Part shown: piece after piece, positions 37,719 through 47,700 of the stretch | How positions within the stretch are numbered: position 1 is the first letter of the stretch | How the letters are laid out: the number at the start of each line of letters is the position of its first letter | From: Cellulomonadaceae bacterium | Lineage (GTDB): Bacteria > Actinomycetota > Actinomycetes > Actinomycetales > Cellulomonadaceae | Length of the DNA stretch: 64,000 nt | Reading direction: 5' to 3' | Assembly (NCBI GenBank): GCA_031551755.1 | Contig: JAVBNE010000006.1 | Location: 56,737-120,736 of the forward strand | Position numbers and translations under genes: made by a program | The notes under the pieces: model-generated | What the model saw: only the letters and a program-made list of their open reading frames with translations | Databases searched by the model: none | What the model was told of the DNA's origin: nothing

Positions 37719-39674
37719 ATGTCCCGATCCGTCTTAGAGGTCAACTCCGCTCTCTTCGGTCTCCGGCGGATGCCGTTCGGTCTGGCCCGCTCCACCGCCA
37801 CCGCCGCCGAGGTCGATCGGGTGCGGACAGAGGGGCCGGACGGGGCACGGGCCTTCGCGCTGATCTGTCTCGTCGAGGCGTATGTCTGGGGAGATGAAGT
37901 CTCCAAGGCCTACCTGCCGTTCACCGAACTCCTTCGGTGGTGGGACGAACACCCGGAGACCTTCGACGAAGAAGACACCCACGCGATGTTCTGGTCATTC
38001 AAATGGATGGTCAGCAACCTCATGGAGTTCTCCAGTGTGTCGGCGGAACAGATCGAGCGGACGCTCGAGGACATGCGGCGCCGGTTCGCAATCGCGGGGA
38101 ACGGCATGAACGCCGTCCGGCTCTGTGAGTTCCATTGGGCGTCACAACGCGGTGCCGATGGCGTCGAGGCCGCCTACCAAGCCTGGGTGAGCACTCCCCA
38201 CGACGACTACGCTCAATGCGCCGCCTGTGAACCTGGTGACCGCGCCGCATATCTGTTCGAGACCGGGCGCAACACCGAGGGAATCCGGCTGCTCGAGGCC
38301 ACGCTCGCCACGTCGCCGTCATGCGCGACCGAACCCGGCGACATGCTGTCCTACCTCCAGCTCGCCTACCTGGAAGAGGGCGAGGCGGCAAAGGCCGCCG
38401 CTACCCACCGACGGGCGATGCAGCAACTGAACACCGAGATCCCCATGGTGGGAGCACGCGCCCGGCATATCGAGTTCTGCGCCCGCTCCGGCAACTTCGC
38501 GCGGGCGCTGCGTCTCCTTCAGGAGAATGCACACCTGCTCACCACGACCGAGTCCCCCTACACCCGGTGGCAGTTCCTTCATCGCGTCGGGAGCGCCACC
38601 GCCATTCTGCGGCAAGCCGATCCCGGCACCATCGTCGCTCTTCCCGGCCACGACACGCGGACGATCGAGGAACTCGACGACTGGATCGCCTCCGAGGCGC
38701 TGAGCATCGCGGCCGACTTCGACCGTCGTGACGGCACGACCGCCACCACGGACCGCACCCATCGTCACCGGAAGCGCGCCTTGGAGAAGCGCTTACCGGT
38801 GGATCTCTCCCTTTTCGCCACGGGACTCTCCGAAGACCCGCTTGCCGATTCGCTCAGGACCGACGACACCAAGGGTGCCGCGAGTGCGGGCACCGAATCC
38901 GATGCTCCTGCTCTTTCCGCACATGCCTCGGCGCTCGTCACTCTCGGACACGCCGAGGCACTGGCCAACTCCGATCAGGCACAGGCAGCCATGCTCTACC
39001 ACGATGCCGCTGCCGCATTCGAGGCCGACGGTTATCTCGGCGACGCCGGTTTCGCGCTCGCCGAAGCGGCCGAACTCGCTGCCCGGGTGGGTGATCCTGA
39101 GACCGTCGCACTTTTCGATCGTGCTCTCGACCTGCTCTGGGCCGCAGATACCCCAGCCCCGCACATCGGCCCGGTCGCCCGCGCACGGGCGCGTCGGTCA
39201 GTCACCCCGGCAGATTTTGAGGCCGCACTGGCCGCCATCGACCGGGTCCAGGCAACCTGCACCGAGACGCCGATTGAAGGTATCCAGACGGCGACGCCGC
39301 TCCCGGATCTGGTTGCGCGCCAGGAGGCAGCGACAAGGGCCGAGTTCCGCGAACTAACCGATTCCAGAGCGCGAGTACTGGCTGAGCTCGGCCGCTACAC
39401 AGAGGCAGCGCGCACGGCCCAAGACGTCGCGGAGGAGTTCGCTCATGCAGGCGACGTCTCGAACGCCGCGCACGCCTTTCGTCTGGCAGGCAGCGCTTTC
39501 CTCGCCGATGGCGACACGCAGGCGGCCACCGAGCAATGGGAATCGTCGATCGAAGGCTTCGAGATCACCCGCAACACGGACATGCGGATCGCGGTGGGCA
39601 ATGAACTCCTCGCGCTCCTGCGGCGACTGGGCCGCACGGAAGAGGCAGCCGCACTGAGTGCCCGGCTGACCTGA
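37719..39674 (+). CDS. 651-aa alpha-helical repeat (TPR-like) protein of unknown function
   Basis: It starts 3 nt after the HtpG-like stop. The C-terminal third has repeated helix-hairpin-like A/L/E-rich units (e.g. AELGRYTEAARTAQDVAEEFAHAGD..., AFRLAGSAFLADGDTQAATEQWE...). It also has a CAAC motif. The fold assignment is by eye only. Confidence 0.45.
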   Translation: MSRSVLEVNSALFGLRRMPFGLARSTATAAEVDRVRTEGPDGARAFALICLVEAYVWGDEVSKAYLPFTELLRWWDEHPETFDEEDTHAMFWSFKWMVSNLMEFSSVSAEQIERTLEDMRRRFAIAGNGMNAVRLCEFHWASQRGADGVEAAYQAWVSTPHDDYAQCAACEPGDRAAYLFETGRNTEGIRLLEATLATSPSCATEPGDMLSYLQLAYLEEGEAAKAAATHRRAMQQLNTEIPMVGARARHIEFCARSGNFARALRLLQENAHLLTTTESPYTRWQFLHRVGSATAILRQADPGTIVALPGHDTRTIEELDDWIASEALSIAADFDRRDGTTATTDRTHRHRKRALEKRLPVDLSLFATGLSEDPLADSLRTDDTKGAASAGTESDAPALSAHASALVTLGHAEALANSDQAQAAMLYHDAAAAFEADGYLGDAGFALAEAAELAARVGDPETVALFDRALDLLWAADTPAPHIGPVARARARRSVTPADFEAALAAIDRVQATCTETPIEGIQTATPLPDLVARQEAATRAEFRELTDSRARVLAELGRYTEAARTAQDVAEEFAHAGDVSNAAHAFRLAGSAFLADGDTQAATEQWESSIEGFEITRNTDMRIAVGNELLALLRRLGRTEEAAALSARLT

Positions 39675-39899
39675 TAAGTCTCAGCCGCCCTTGTGGCCAC
39701 GCCACACGCATTGTCGACCGTCGGCCGCGACCGCCATCGGCGGGTGTCCCGGTGCGAGCCGTCTTCGCCGGTCCGGCTCCGACCACCGCGCCCACCGACG
39801 GCCCTCGGGCGGCGCGCATCTGGTGAACATCGGTACTCCGCCGAGTGAAATTCCCAAACAAGGGAGCGTTCTGCGATCGCGCCCGAGTACGGTGGGACA

Positions 39900-40508
39900 G
39901 TGAGGTACTTCGACGATCATCGGGAACCCCCCCGACCGGAGGAGCCAGAACCCGACGATGGCTCACCCGAATCTCGACCGACACCAGGAAGAGGGAGTCG
40001 CCGAGCAGCGGACGGTCAGCCCGGTCACATGCTCCTCGGTGATTTCACGGGTGCGGTCGCGATCGACACACGCCAAACGCCCGCACCCCTGAGCCTCGCT
40101 CGTGTGGTTGAGTGGACGGCCGATTGCGGGTATGCCTACTTCATCGACTCAGATGGCGACCTCGGCGGGCTGTGGCGTGGACGCCTCTTCTACTTCCTGC
40201 TCTTCGGCGCACAAGACGAGATCCTCCAAGTGCGCGGTCAATGGAACCGCGATCTAACCATCGAGCGCCTCGAGGAGATTCTCGAGTTCTGCAATGAATG
40301 GAATACAGACCGCATTTGGCCGAAAACGTATACGCGGGTGCGCGACAACGGGATGATCCAAGTCTTCACCGAGGTCACCGTCGACCTTGAACACGGCGTG
40401 ACCGATGATCAACTCGACCAGATGCTTCAATGCGGCCTGAGTACTGGATCGATGTTCTTCGACGCCCTCGACGAGTTCTATCCTGACCCCGCGAGGCAGG
40501 CGCCGTGA
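39900..40508 (+). CDS. YbjN-like protein, paralogue 2 (with a Pro/Glu/Arg-rich N-terminal tail)
   Basis: It has DSDGDLGGLW, EILQVRGQW, DRIWPKTYTR and DLEHGVTDDQL blocks, clearly paralogous to the ORFs at 35329 and 40505. Confidence 0.55.
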   Translation: MRYFDDHREPPRPEEPEPDDGSPESRPTPGRGSRRAADGQPGHMLLGDFTGAVAIDTRQTPAPLSLARVVEWTADCGYAYFIDSDGDLGGLWRGRLFYFLLFGAQDEILQVRGQWNRDLTIERLEEILEFCNEWNTDRIWPKTYTRVRDNGMIQVFTEVTVDLEHGVTDDQLDQMLQCGLSTGSMFFDALDEFYPDPARQAP

Positions 40509-41017
40509 GCCCGACCCGAGCAAGTTGGCTCGCTCGTCTTCTTTTCGGGAACCGTCGGGTCAAGGTCGACGCACCGTCCACGGTAGCCGAAGCCGTCAGC
40601 CCCTTGACCATGGATCGGGTCGGCGACCACTTGCGCCGACGGGGGTATCACTTCCGCGTCGACGAGGACGGCGACATCACCGGCACTTGGGACGGGCACC
40701 GGTTCTGGTTCCTACTCCTCGGAGCGCACCACGAGATCCTGCAGATCCGTGGACGGTGGTCGACCCGATTGCCGACCACTGCCCGGTTGGCGGTACTCCA
40801 GGCCGTGAACGACTGGAACCGTGAACGCATCTGGCCGAAGGTCTATACCCGGGAGGAGGGCGACGGACTGACGGTGTGCAGCGAAGTCTCGGTCGACTTC
40901 GAACATGGGGCTACCGACGCTCAACTCGGCCAAGTCCTTTCCTGCGGGCTCGGCACAGCGATCCAGCTCTTTCAGAGCATCACTGCCCAGCTGCCCCCGG
41001 ATATCGAAGGACACTAG
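40505..41017 (+). CDS. YbjN-like protein, paralogue 3
   Basis: It has DEDGDITGTW, EILQIRGRW, ERIWPKVYTR and DFEHGATDAQL blocks. Its GTG start overlaps the paralogue 2 stop (GTGA). Confidence 0.55.
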   Translation: MSPTRASWLARLLFGNRRVKVDAPSTVAEAVSPLTMDRVGDHLRRRGYHFRVDEDGDITGTWDGHRFWFLLLGAHHEILQIRGRWSTRLPTTARLAVLQAVNDWNRERIWPKVYTREEGDGLTVCSEVSVDFEHGATDAQLGQVLSCGLGTAIQLFQSITAQLPPDIEGH

Positions 41018-41099
41018 GTCTCGGCCGTTCCGGGGTCCGCACGGCGGATGGAGGGCGGGTGACAGCACCCTTCTTCGATGACCGCGCGCCAACCCGCCC

Positions 41100-42650
41100 T
41101 CAGCGCCGCAGCGTGGGGAGCCCGAGTTGAACTGGACCGCCGGCTCCCGCACCGTGTTCATGGGCGTGCGGTTCCGCCGAGAGCCCCTGCGCCACCGCCC
41201 AGGCATCCCCCGCCCTCGTCGGCCGCACCGTGAAGAGTCCGCCGGTCAACGCAGAGTCGGCGATCAGATGATGAGACCCCGCCGATGTCACCTGAACCGT
41301 CACAAGATCCCCCGGTCGTGGCCCGGGTGCCCGGCCGGCGGCCGCATCCGACGGCAGGGCCAGGTGAACAAGGCGGTTATCGGGAGCACGACCAGTCAGG
41401 CGGTTGGTCGCGCCATCCTTGCGACCGCCGCCGTCGACCACCATCACCTCAACGACGTCCCCCACGAGGCGCGCAGACTCCTCGGCGGTGATTCGTTCCT
41501 GTAGCGCCAGCAGACGGTCGAACCGCTCCTGCACGATTTCCTTGGGAAGCTGATCAGGCATTTCCGCCGCCGGGGTGCCAGGACGCGGCGAATACTGAAA
41601 GAGGAACGCCGAGGAAAATCGTGACTGGGCGACCATTCGCATGGTGTCCTGAAAATCCTCTTCGGTCTCGCCGGGGAATCCAACGATGATATCCGAGGTG
41701 ATGGCTACAGCTGGGATCGCCGCGCGCACGCGATTGACGATGTCGAGGAAACGCGTCGTCCGATAGGAGCGTCGCATCGCACGCAGGACGCGATCCGACC
41801 CGGATTGCAGCGGCATGTGAAGCGACGGCATGACGTTAGCGGTCTCGCTCATCGCAGCGATGACATCGTCAGTGAATGCGGCGGGATGCGGTGAGGTGAA
41901 TCGGACTCGCTCCAACCCCTCGATTTCACCGCAGGCACGAAGGAGCTTGCTGAAGGCGCCTCGGTCGCCGAACTCCACGCCGTAGCTATTCACGTTCTGG
42001 CCGAGCAGGGTCACTTCGATCGCACCGGCGTCAACGAGGGCGCTGATCTCCGCCAGGATCTCTCCCGGTCGGCGGTCGCGCTCCTTGCCCCGGAGCGACG
42101 GCACAATGCAGAAGGTGCAGGTGTTGTTGCATCCGACGCTGATGGAGACCCAGCCCGCGTAGACGCTGTCCCGGCGAGTGGGCAAGGTCGAGGGGAAGAC
42201 CTGAAGTGATTCGGCGATCTCCACCTGTGCCGCCGAGTTGTGCCGGGCACGGGCCAGCAGCACCGGAAGCGCGTCGAGGTTGTGGGTACCGAAGACGACG
42301 TCAACCCAGGGAGCCTTGCGGAGAATCTCGCCGCGATCCTTCTGGGCGAGGCACCCCCCGACAGCGATCTGCATCCCAGGCCGTTGTGCCTTAATGGAGG
42401 CCAACTGGCCCAAGTTGCCGTAGAGACGGTTGGCCGCGTTCTCACGGACCGCACAGGTGTTGATGACGACGACATCGGCCTGGCTGGACGCGTCCGCTGA
42501 TGCTGCGGCGCGCACATATCCGGCCTGTTCCAGAAGACCTGCCATGTGTTCGGAGTCATGCACATTCATTTGGCAGCCGAGGGTGCGCACCAGGTAGGTA
42601 CGTGGGTCTGACAGTGGGGAGGGCTGAGCCTGAGTGATCGTCGACATCAC
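41100..42650 (-). CDS. miaB: tRNA-2-methylthio-N6-dimethylallyladenosine synthase
   Basis: UPF0004 N-terminal domain ([12 protein letters not shown]), a radical-SAM CNNTCTFC cluster motif and a TRAM C-terminal domain. 516 aa. Confidence 0.92.
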   Translation of the reverse strand: MMSTITQAQPSPLSDPRTYLVRTLGCQMNVHDSEHMAGLLEQAGYVRAAASADASSQADVVVINTCAVRENAANRLYGNLGQLASIKAQRPGMQIAVGGCLAQKDRGEILRKAPWVDVVFGTHNLDALPVLLARARHNSAAQVEIAESLQVFPSTLPTRRDSVYAGWVSISVGCNNTCTFCIVPSLRGKERDRRPGEILAEISALVDAGAIEVTLLGQNVNSYGVEFGDRGAFSKLLRACGEIEGLERVRFTSPHPAAFTDDVIAAMSETANVMPSLHMPLQSGSDRVLRAMRRSYRTTRFLDIVNRVRAAIPAVAITSDIIVGFPGETEEDFQDTMRMVAQSRFSSAFLFQYSPRPGTPAAEMPDQLPKEIVQERFDRLLALQERITAEESARLVGDVVEVMVVDGGGRKDGATNRLTGRAPDNRLVHLALPSDAAAGRAPGPRPGDLVTVQVTSAGSHHLIADSALTGGLFTVRPTRAGDAWAVAQGLSAEPHAHEHGAGAGGPVQLGLPTLRR

Positions 42651-42682
42651 CGTCCAGGGTACGGCCAGAGCGGGTTCAGCCC

Positions 42683-43234
42683 CTACTGCGGGGCGTCCTC
42701 GAGCACTAGTTCCCGCTGCACGACCTCGAAGGCCAGCGACGGCGGATAGCCCTTACGGGCCAGCGCACCCACTGCTCGCCGGAGACGCACCTCTGTCTCT
42801 AGCCCGCGGGTTCGCGCCAACCGTGTGCGCGCCACCGCGCGAGCTGCCTCACTCTCGGACTCTTCACCGATCTCTGCGAGCGCCTGAGAGGCGATCTCAT
42901 CATCGATTCCACGGCGGCGCAGCTCCTGGGCAATTGCCAGCCGAGACAGGCCACGATCGGCCTGCCCGCTTCGCACGACCGATGCTGCGAACTCAATGTC
43001 ATTGAGCAGACCGACTGCTTCAAAACGGTCCAGAAGCGGCTCCACGATGCACTCGGGATACCCCCTCCGCAGGAGAGTGTGCGACACCTGCGAACGGCTG
43101 CGCCGCGCAGCTGTCAGACTGCGCAGCGCCACCTCGCGGGCACGCTCGACGAGTTCTTCTGCGGAGATCTCACCAGATTCGATGAGTTCTGGAACAGTCC
43201 GACGCCGCTTGGAGGGTGTGGGAGGACTACTCAT
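42683..43234 (-). CDS. recX: recombination regulator RecX
   Basis: Three-repeat helical RecX pattern (...[18 protein letters not shown]...[15 protein letters not shown]...[15 protein letters not shown]). The start is chosen at ATG 43234, 13 nt after the recA stop. The 304-aa track ORF runs into recA. Confidence 0.85.
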   Translation of the reverse strand: MSSPPTPSKRRRTVPELIESGEISAEELVERAREVALRSLTAARRSRSQVSHTLLRRGYPECIVEPLLDRFEAVGLLNDIEFAASVVRSGQADRGLSRLAIAQELRRRGIDDEIASQALAEIGEESESEAARAVARTRLARTRGLETEVRLRRAVGALARKGYPPSLAFEVVQRELVLEDAPQ

Positions 43235-43247
43235 CGGCCCAGGACCC

Positions 43248-44423
43248 TCAGAACGGCGCCTTCTTCGCCCTGGAGGCAGCCTTGGTCGCGGGTGTTTTGG
43301 CGGTGACTCCAGCCGACGCCGACTCGGCGGCACTAACCGAACCAGCCTTGGCAGCCGCGGCGGCGACCGACTCCGCCTCAGCCACGACGGCCGACGAATC
43401 AGCTCCGTCCGCTGTCGATGGACCGACGCCGAGCTTTTCCTTGATCCGTCGCTCGAGCTCGTTCGCCAAGTCCGGGTTGTCCCGCAAGAAGGACCTCGCA
43501 TTCTCCTTGCCCTGACCGAGCTGGTCGCCCTCGTAGGTGAACCAGGACCCGGATTTGCGGACGAAGCCGTGCTCGACTCCCATATCGATGAGTCCACCTT
43601 CGCGCGAGATGCCGACTCCGTATAAGATGTCGAACTCGGCCTGCTTGAAAGGCGGGGCCATCTTGTTCTTCACGACCTTGACTCGGGTCCGGTTACCGAC
43701 AGGCTCCGTCCCTTCCTTCAAAGTCTCGATACGACGTATGTCGAGCCGAACAGAGGCGTAGAACTTCAGCGCCTTCCCACCCGTGGTGGTCTCGGGCGAG
43801 CCGAAAAACACACCGATCTTCTCCCGGAGCTGGTTGATGAAGATCGCCGTCGTACCGGATTGGCTCAGAGCGCCAGTGATCTTGCGCAGCGCTTGGGACA
43901 TCAGCCGGGCCTGGAGACCGACGTGGCTATCACCCATCTCGCCCTCGATCTCTGCTTTGGGCACCAGTGCGGCGACGGAGTCGATCACGATGATGTCCAG
44001 AGCTCCCGAGCGAATCAACATGTCGGCGATCTCCAGCGCCTGCTCACCGGTGTCCGGCTGGGAAACAAGTAGGGCGTCGGTGTCCACGCCCAGTTTCTTG
44101 GCGTACTCCGGGTCCAGGGCATGTTCGGCATCGATGAACGCCGCGATACCGCCCGCGCGCTGGGCGCTGGCCACAGCATGAAGCGCGACGGTCGTCTTAC
44201 CACTGGATTCCGGACCGTAGACCTCAACGACCCGCCCACGCGGCAGTCCCCCGATGCCGAGCGCCACATCGAGTGCGATCGAGCCGGTAGGAATCACGTC
44301 GACCGGGACCCGGCCCTCCTCACCGAGCCGCATGACGGATCCCTTGCCGAAATTCCGGTCGATCTGGGCAAGAGCTGCTTCGAGTGCCTTCTCGCGGTCA
44401 GCGGGTGCGGGCATGGTCGTCAC
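43248..44423 (-). CDS. recA: recombinase RecA
   Basis: Canonical RecA ([43 protein letters not shown]) with no intein. The likely true start is ATG 44414 ([11 protein letters not shown]), behind GAAGG. It carries a 50-60 aa Ala/Ser-rich C-terminal tail. Confidence 0.97.
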   Translation of the reverse strand: MTTMPAPADREKALEAALAQIDRNFGKGSVMRLGEEGRVPVDVIPTGSIALDVALGIGGLPRGRVVEVYGPESSGKTTVALHAVASAQRAGGIAAFIDAEHALDPEYAKKLGVDTDALLVSQPDTGEQALEIADMLIRSGALDIIVIDSVAALVPKAEIEGEMGDSHVGLQARLMSQALRKITGALSQSGTTAIFINQLREKIGVFFGSPETTTGGKALKFYASVRLDIRRIETLKEGTEPVGNRTRVKVVKNKMAPPFKQAEFDILYGVGISREGGLIDMGVEHGFVRKSGSWFTYEGDQLGQGKENARSFLRDNPDLANELERRIKEKLGVGPSTADGADSSAVVAEAESVAAAAAKAGSVSAAESASAGVTAKTPATKAASRAKKAPF

Positions 44424-44509
44424 CTTCGTTCATGGGGCGCGCATCGCGCCACCGAGCAGATGGCCGAGAGGACTCGGCCCTTCGGTTATTCGATGTGTGG
44501 TCGAGAGCG

Positions 44510-44532
44510 ACACTACGATCCGCCACCGACAA
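44510..44532 (-). promoter_or_regulatory. RecA-NDp / PafBC-type promoter upstream of recA
   Basis: The minus strand reads TTGTCGGTG-gcggatcg-TAGTGT, an exact fit to tTGTCRgtg-N8-TAnnnT. It lies about 85-110 nt upstream of the recA start. Confidence 0.65.
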
Positions 44533-44595
44533 GACGATCTGCGATCACCGCCACTGTGGACGAGCCCGTGAGCGGAGCTGCTGTGGACACTCTAG

Positions 44596-44611
44596 CCGAA
44601 CACCTGTTCGA
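44596..44611. promoter_or_regulatory. LexA SOS box upstream of recA
   Basis: CCGAACACCTGTTCGA has one mismatch to TCGAAC-N4-GTTCGA. It lies distal to the RecA-NDp-type element. Confidence 0.7.
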
Positions 44612-44730
44612 TCGAGTCCCGTCTTCGGCGTGTCGGTCGGATCGGGCTGCGGAAGCATCATCGCCCAGGGTCATCCCGGACATAGCCGCACTGGGCACGC
44701 CACGAACGCAATTGCGGTCCCGGTACAAGT

Positions 44731-44767
44731 CCATGGGGTCGACGGGAAGAACCCGTCGACCCCATGG
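44731..44767 (-). terminator. strong hairpin terminator after the surface-protein gene
   Basis: A perfect 16-bp inverted repeat CCATGGGGTCGACGGG-aagaa-CCCGTCGACCCCATGG, 24 nt downstream of the TAG at 44791-44793. There is no T-tract, which is common in actinobacteria. Confidence 0.7.
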
Positions 44768-44790
44768 GAGCTCTACCGCTCAGGAACGTG

Positions 44791-47700
44791 CTAGTCCTGC
44801 GTGCGTCGGCGGACGATGAACGCCCCGACACCGAGGACCACCAAGAGGAACGCAGCTCCCCCGGCCGCCAGGGCGTTCGCCCCCGTGTGGGCCAAGACCC
44901 GCGCGACCTTGGACGATGGCCGACCGCGGTCGGCCGGATCGGTTGACGACAGCGCGTCGGCGGAATCAGTCGGCCCGGTCGGGTCATCAGTCGGATTGAC
45001 CGGTCCTTCCCCTTGGACCTCGAAGGCGGCCGTCACCTTGTTGTTGGCCTGATCGGGGTCCGGGTAGTCCCCACTGATAGTGGCCGTGACCGAGACCTTC
45101 TGGCCCACCAACGAGCTGTCTGCTAAGAGGGTGATCGGCAAGATGTCATCAGCCCCCGAGGCCAGCACACCAACCGCTTCACAGTCGATCTCCTGGCCGG
45201 AGACGATGCAGCTCCAATCACCTGGGTCTTCCCCGCCATCGACCACGGCAGCCGTGACACCCACCGGAAGTGTCACACGAACCTTGGCCGGGGCGTTGCT
45301 GGGACCTTTGTTCTGCGCACGCATTCCAAGCGACCGAGCAGTGTCCACCACCAGCTCGCCGCCCGGCAGGGTGACCGCCAGGTCCGCCTGTGCAACCTGA
45401 ACAGTCGCGAACCCGGGCTCAGCCACCACCACGGCTCCGGTATCGGCTCGCTTCACGGCGAAGGCCACAGAGTTCGATGCCAGGTAACCCCCCGGGGCAT
45501 CGGCCGGGATGCTCATCGGCCAGCTCGTCGAGCTGGTATCCCCGGGCCGCAGGACTCCGCCATCCTGCTGGACGAACTTGAGCGCCTTGACCGCACCAAA
45601 GTCCGCTGGCGACTTGGTCCAGTTGTCATCACAACCCTGCAGACCGGGGTACACCTCGGGGCGGCACGGGTTGTTGGAGACGGAGTACCAGACGTCGAAT
45701 CCCTTGAGGGCTGGGACCGTCCCGGTCAATATCGGAGCGAACCGCGAATTGCGTCGGATCGCCGCGGCCGCCTTGCTCACACCCGTATCACCCACATGCG
45801 GGAAGATGTCGTAGACGACCATGTCGCTCAGGTCGATGTTGCCGGTGTTCTCGATCGGCAACCGGTAAGCGATCGGCTGACCCACCGCGGTCGCGCCCGT
45901 CTGGGGTGCCGTGACGAAGTCCGCGTCCAGTGAACCCTCAACTTCCAACTGCGAGGAGACGCCCACACCCGAGCCGGTCTGGACCGTCGCCATCGCCCGC
46001 GCCAACGTTCCGCCGACCTTCCCGTCAGCATCAAGGTCGCGGTCGTCACGCACCCGCTGGGTCCAGGTATTGGCGTTCGCAGAATCGTTGGAGTATGCGG
46101 AGTTGGAGACATCATACGGATACTCGGGGATCGGCCCACGCGCATCACCCAGATAGACGCGCGCCGTCAACGCGCCGGCCGGGGCCGTTGTCACCACCGT
46201 GCGCACCGCCAACTCCAGCTGAGAGTTCAACTCGGCGTTCTCCGGCCAAGAGATGACTAGGACGTCCTGCTCAAGCGAATCGTTGTGCACCACCCGGGTG
46301 GTCGGCTTCTCAAAGCTGACCGGGGCCGGCTGCCACTGCGCACCGACGGTCACCGGCTCCTTGGCCAGCTTGGTGCCCTTGGGGATCGGAAAGTACACCA
46401 CCGGACGCAGAGTCTCATTGCCCAACATGTCGGCGTTCATGAGGCTGATCTTCCAGAGCAGATCCTCCCCCGGCTTGGGAGCGGTCTGGGAGGACGAGTA
46501 CAACCAGACGCTGGGAACTGGAAGAGGATCGATGACGGTGAACCGCGCAGTGTCACTCAGGGCGATGTCGTCGAAGCCGTCTGCCGAATAGGTCACGTCG
46601 GCCGTCACGGAGACAGTTGCACGATCTGCACCGTCGATGACACCACTGACTCCATTGCCGCCTTGACCCGGCCCGTCGATCCCCGGACCAACGATCGTCA
46701 GATGCGCCACATGTGCCCCTCGGGGGACTCCCATCTGGACAAGCGTCGCTTTGGGGGACTCGTCCTCGCTATCGGGCGCCGGGTAGTCGGCCGTCGAGAA
46801 CCTCCCGGTCACGCCGTCATCCGTACGCCAGCTGACAGTCGAGTCGCCCTGCGGGGGCTTTCCCACAGCGGTGGCGGTGAACTCTGCGGGCAGGTCCACC
46901 TCGGTCACCGTCTTCGTCACCCGAACCGTGCTGTTGAAATTATTCAAGCCCAAGCCGACGCCCACAGCGGCGCCCCGGGCAACCCACGCATGCGCCGCCG
47001 TATCGGCGGTGACATAGTTGCTCCCGGGTGTGACCTGCAGACCCGGGCGGAAAACTGACTTGAATGCCGTCGGCGCCAAGGTTGCTCGGGCTGTAGTGCT
47101 GATCGCCGAGCCACCTACGCTTGTTCCAGAGAACGCGAAGGGGACATCGACGGAGCGACCACTTGTGAAGTTCGCCGCCGGGAATTTCACCACCATTTGG
47201 ACACCGCGGCTGTAATATCCGGCGCCCACCTGCCCCGGAATGGAGTCCCAGGAGACCTTGGTGCCGTCGGCCGACACGGAAGACTGCGCAGGATCAGCAG
47301 AGACGAAGACGGCGCCTGCGGGAAGCGTCGCCATGACCCCGAGGTCCCCGATCCCCTCTTTGCCCGTAATCCCCCAGACGCTGGCTGACGCGGTGGAGCT
47401 GATCACCGCCTCCCGATCCAAATAGACCGGGTACTGCCCCTGGGCGGAGGCCGACAACCCTGCCGGTGTCGCCGTCAGCGTCACCGAAACCGAAGTCGAG
47501 GTGGGATCGCTGTTCGCACCGGATGCATTCGCCGTCACCACCAGCTTGGTGCCGCCAGCGATCGGGCCATTGTCCGTGAGGTAGTGCACCCCAATAGTCC
47601 CGCTCGACCCCGCCGGGAGCTTTTCGGCGAACGTGAACTGTACCGACTTATCCGAATTGACACTTACCGAAGTGACATCCTTGGATGTTGTCGCCACCGG

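Noticed and set aside
42683-43597. 304-aa version of recX that overlaps the 3' end of recA by about 350 nt
   Set aside because: The extra N-terminal part is Arg/Pro/Ser-rich and lies in an alternative frame of the recA tail. ATG 43234, just after the recA stop, gives a normal-length RecX.
43248-44423. Checked recA for an intein, as in M. tuberculosis, and checked the long Ala/Ser-rich C-terminal tail
   Set aside because: The RecA core is contiguous with no intein-like insertion. Low-complexity C-terminal tails occur in other actinobacterial RecA proteins, so this is not reported as a finding.
44489-44504. TTCGATGTGTGGTCGA upstream of recA, considered as a second SOS box
   Set aside because: It lacks the GAAC-N4-GTTC core, with at least 2 mismatches in each half. 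The good box is at 44596-44611.
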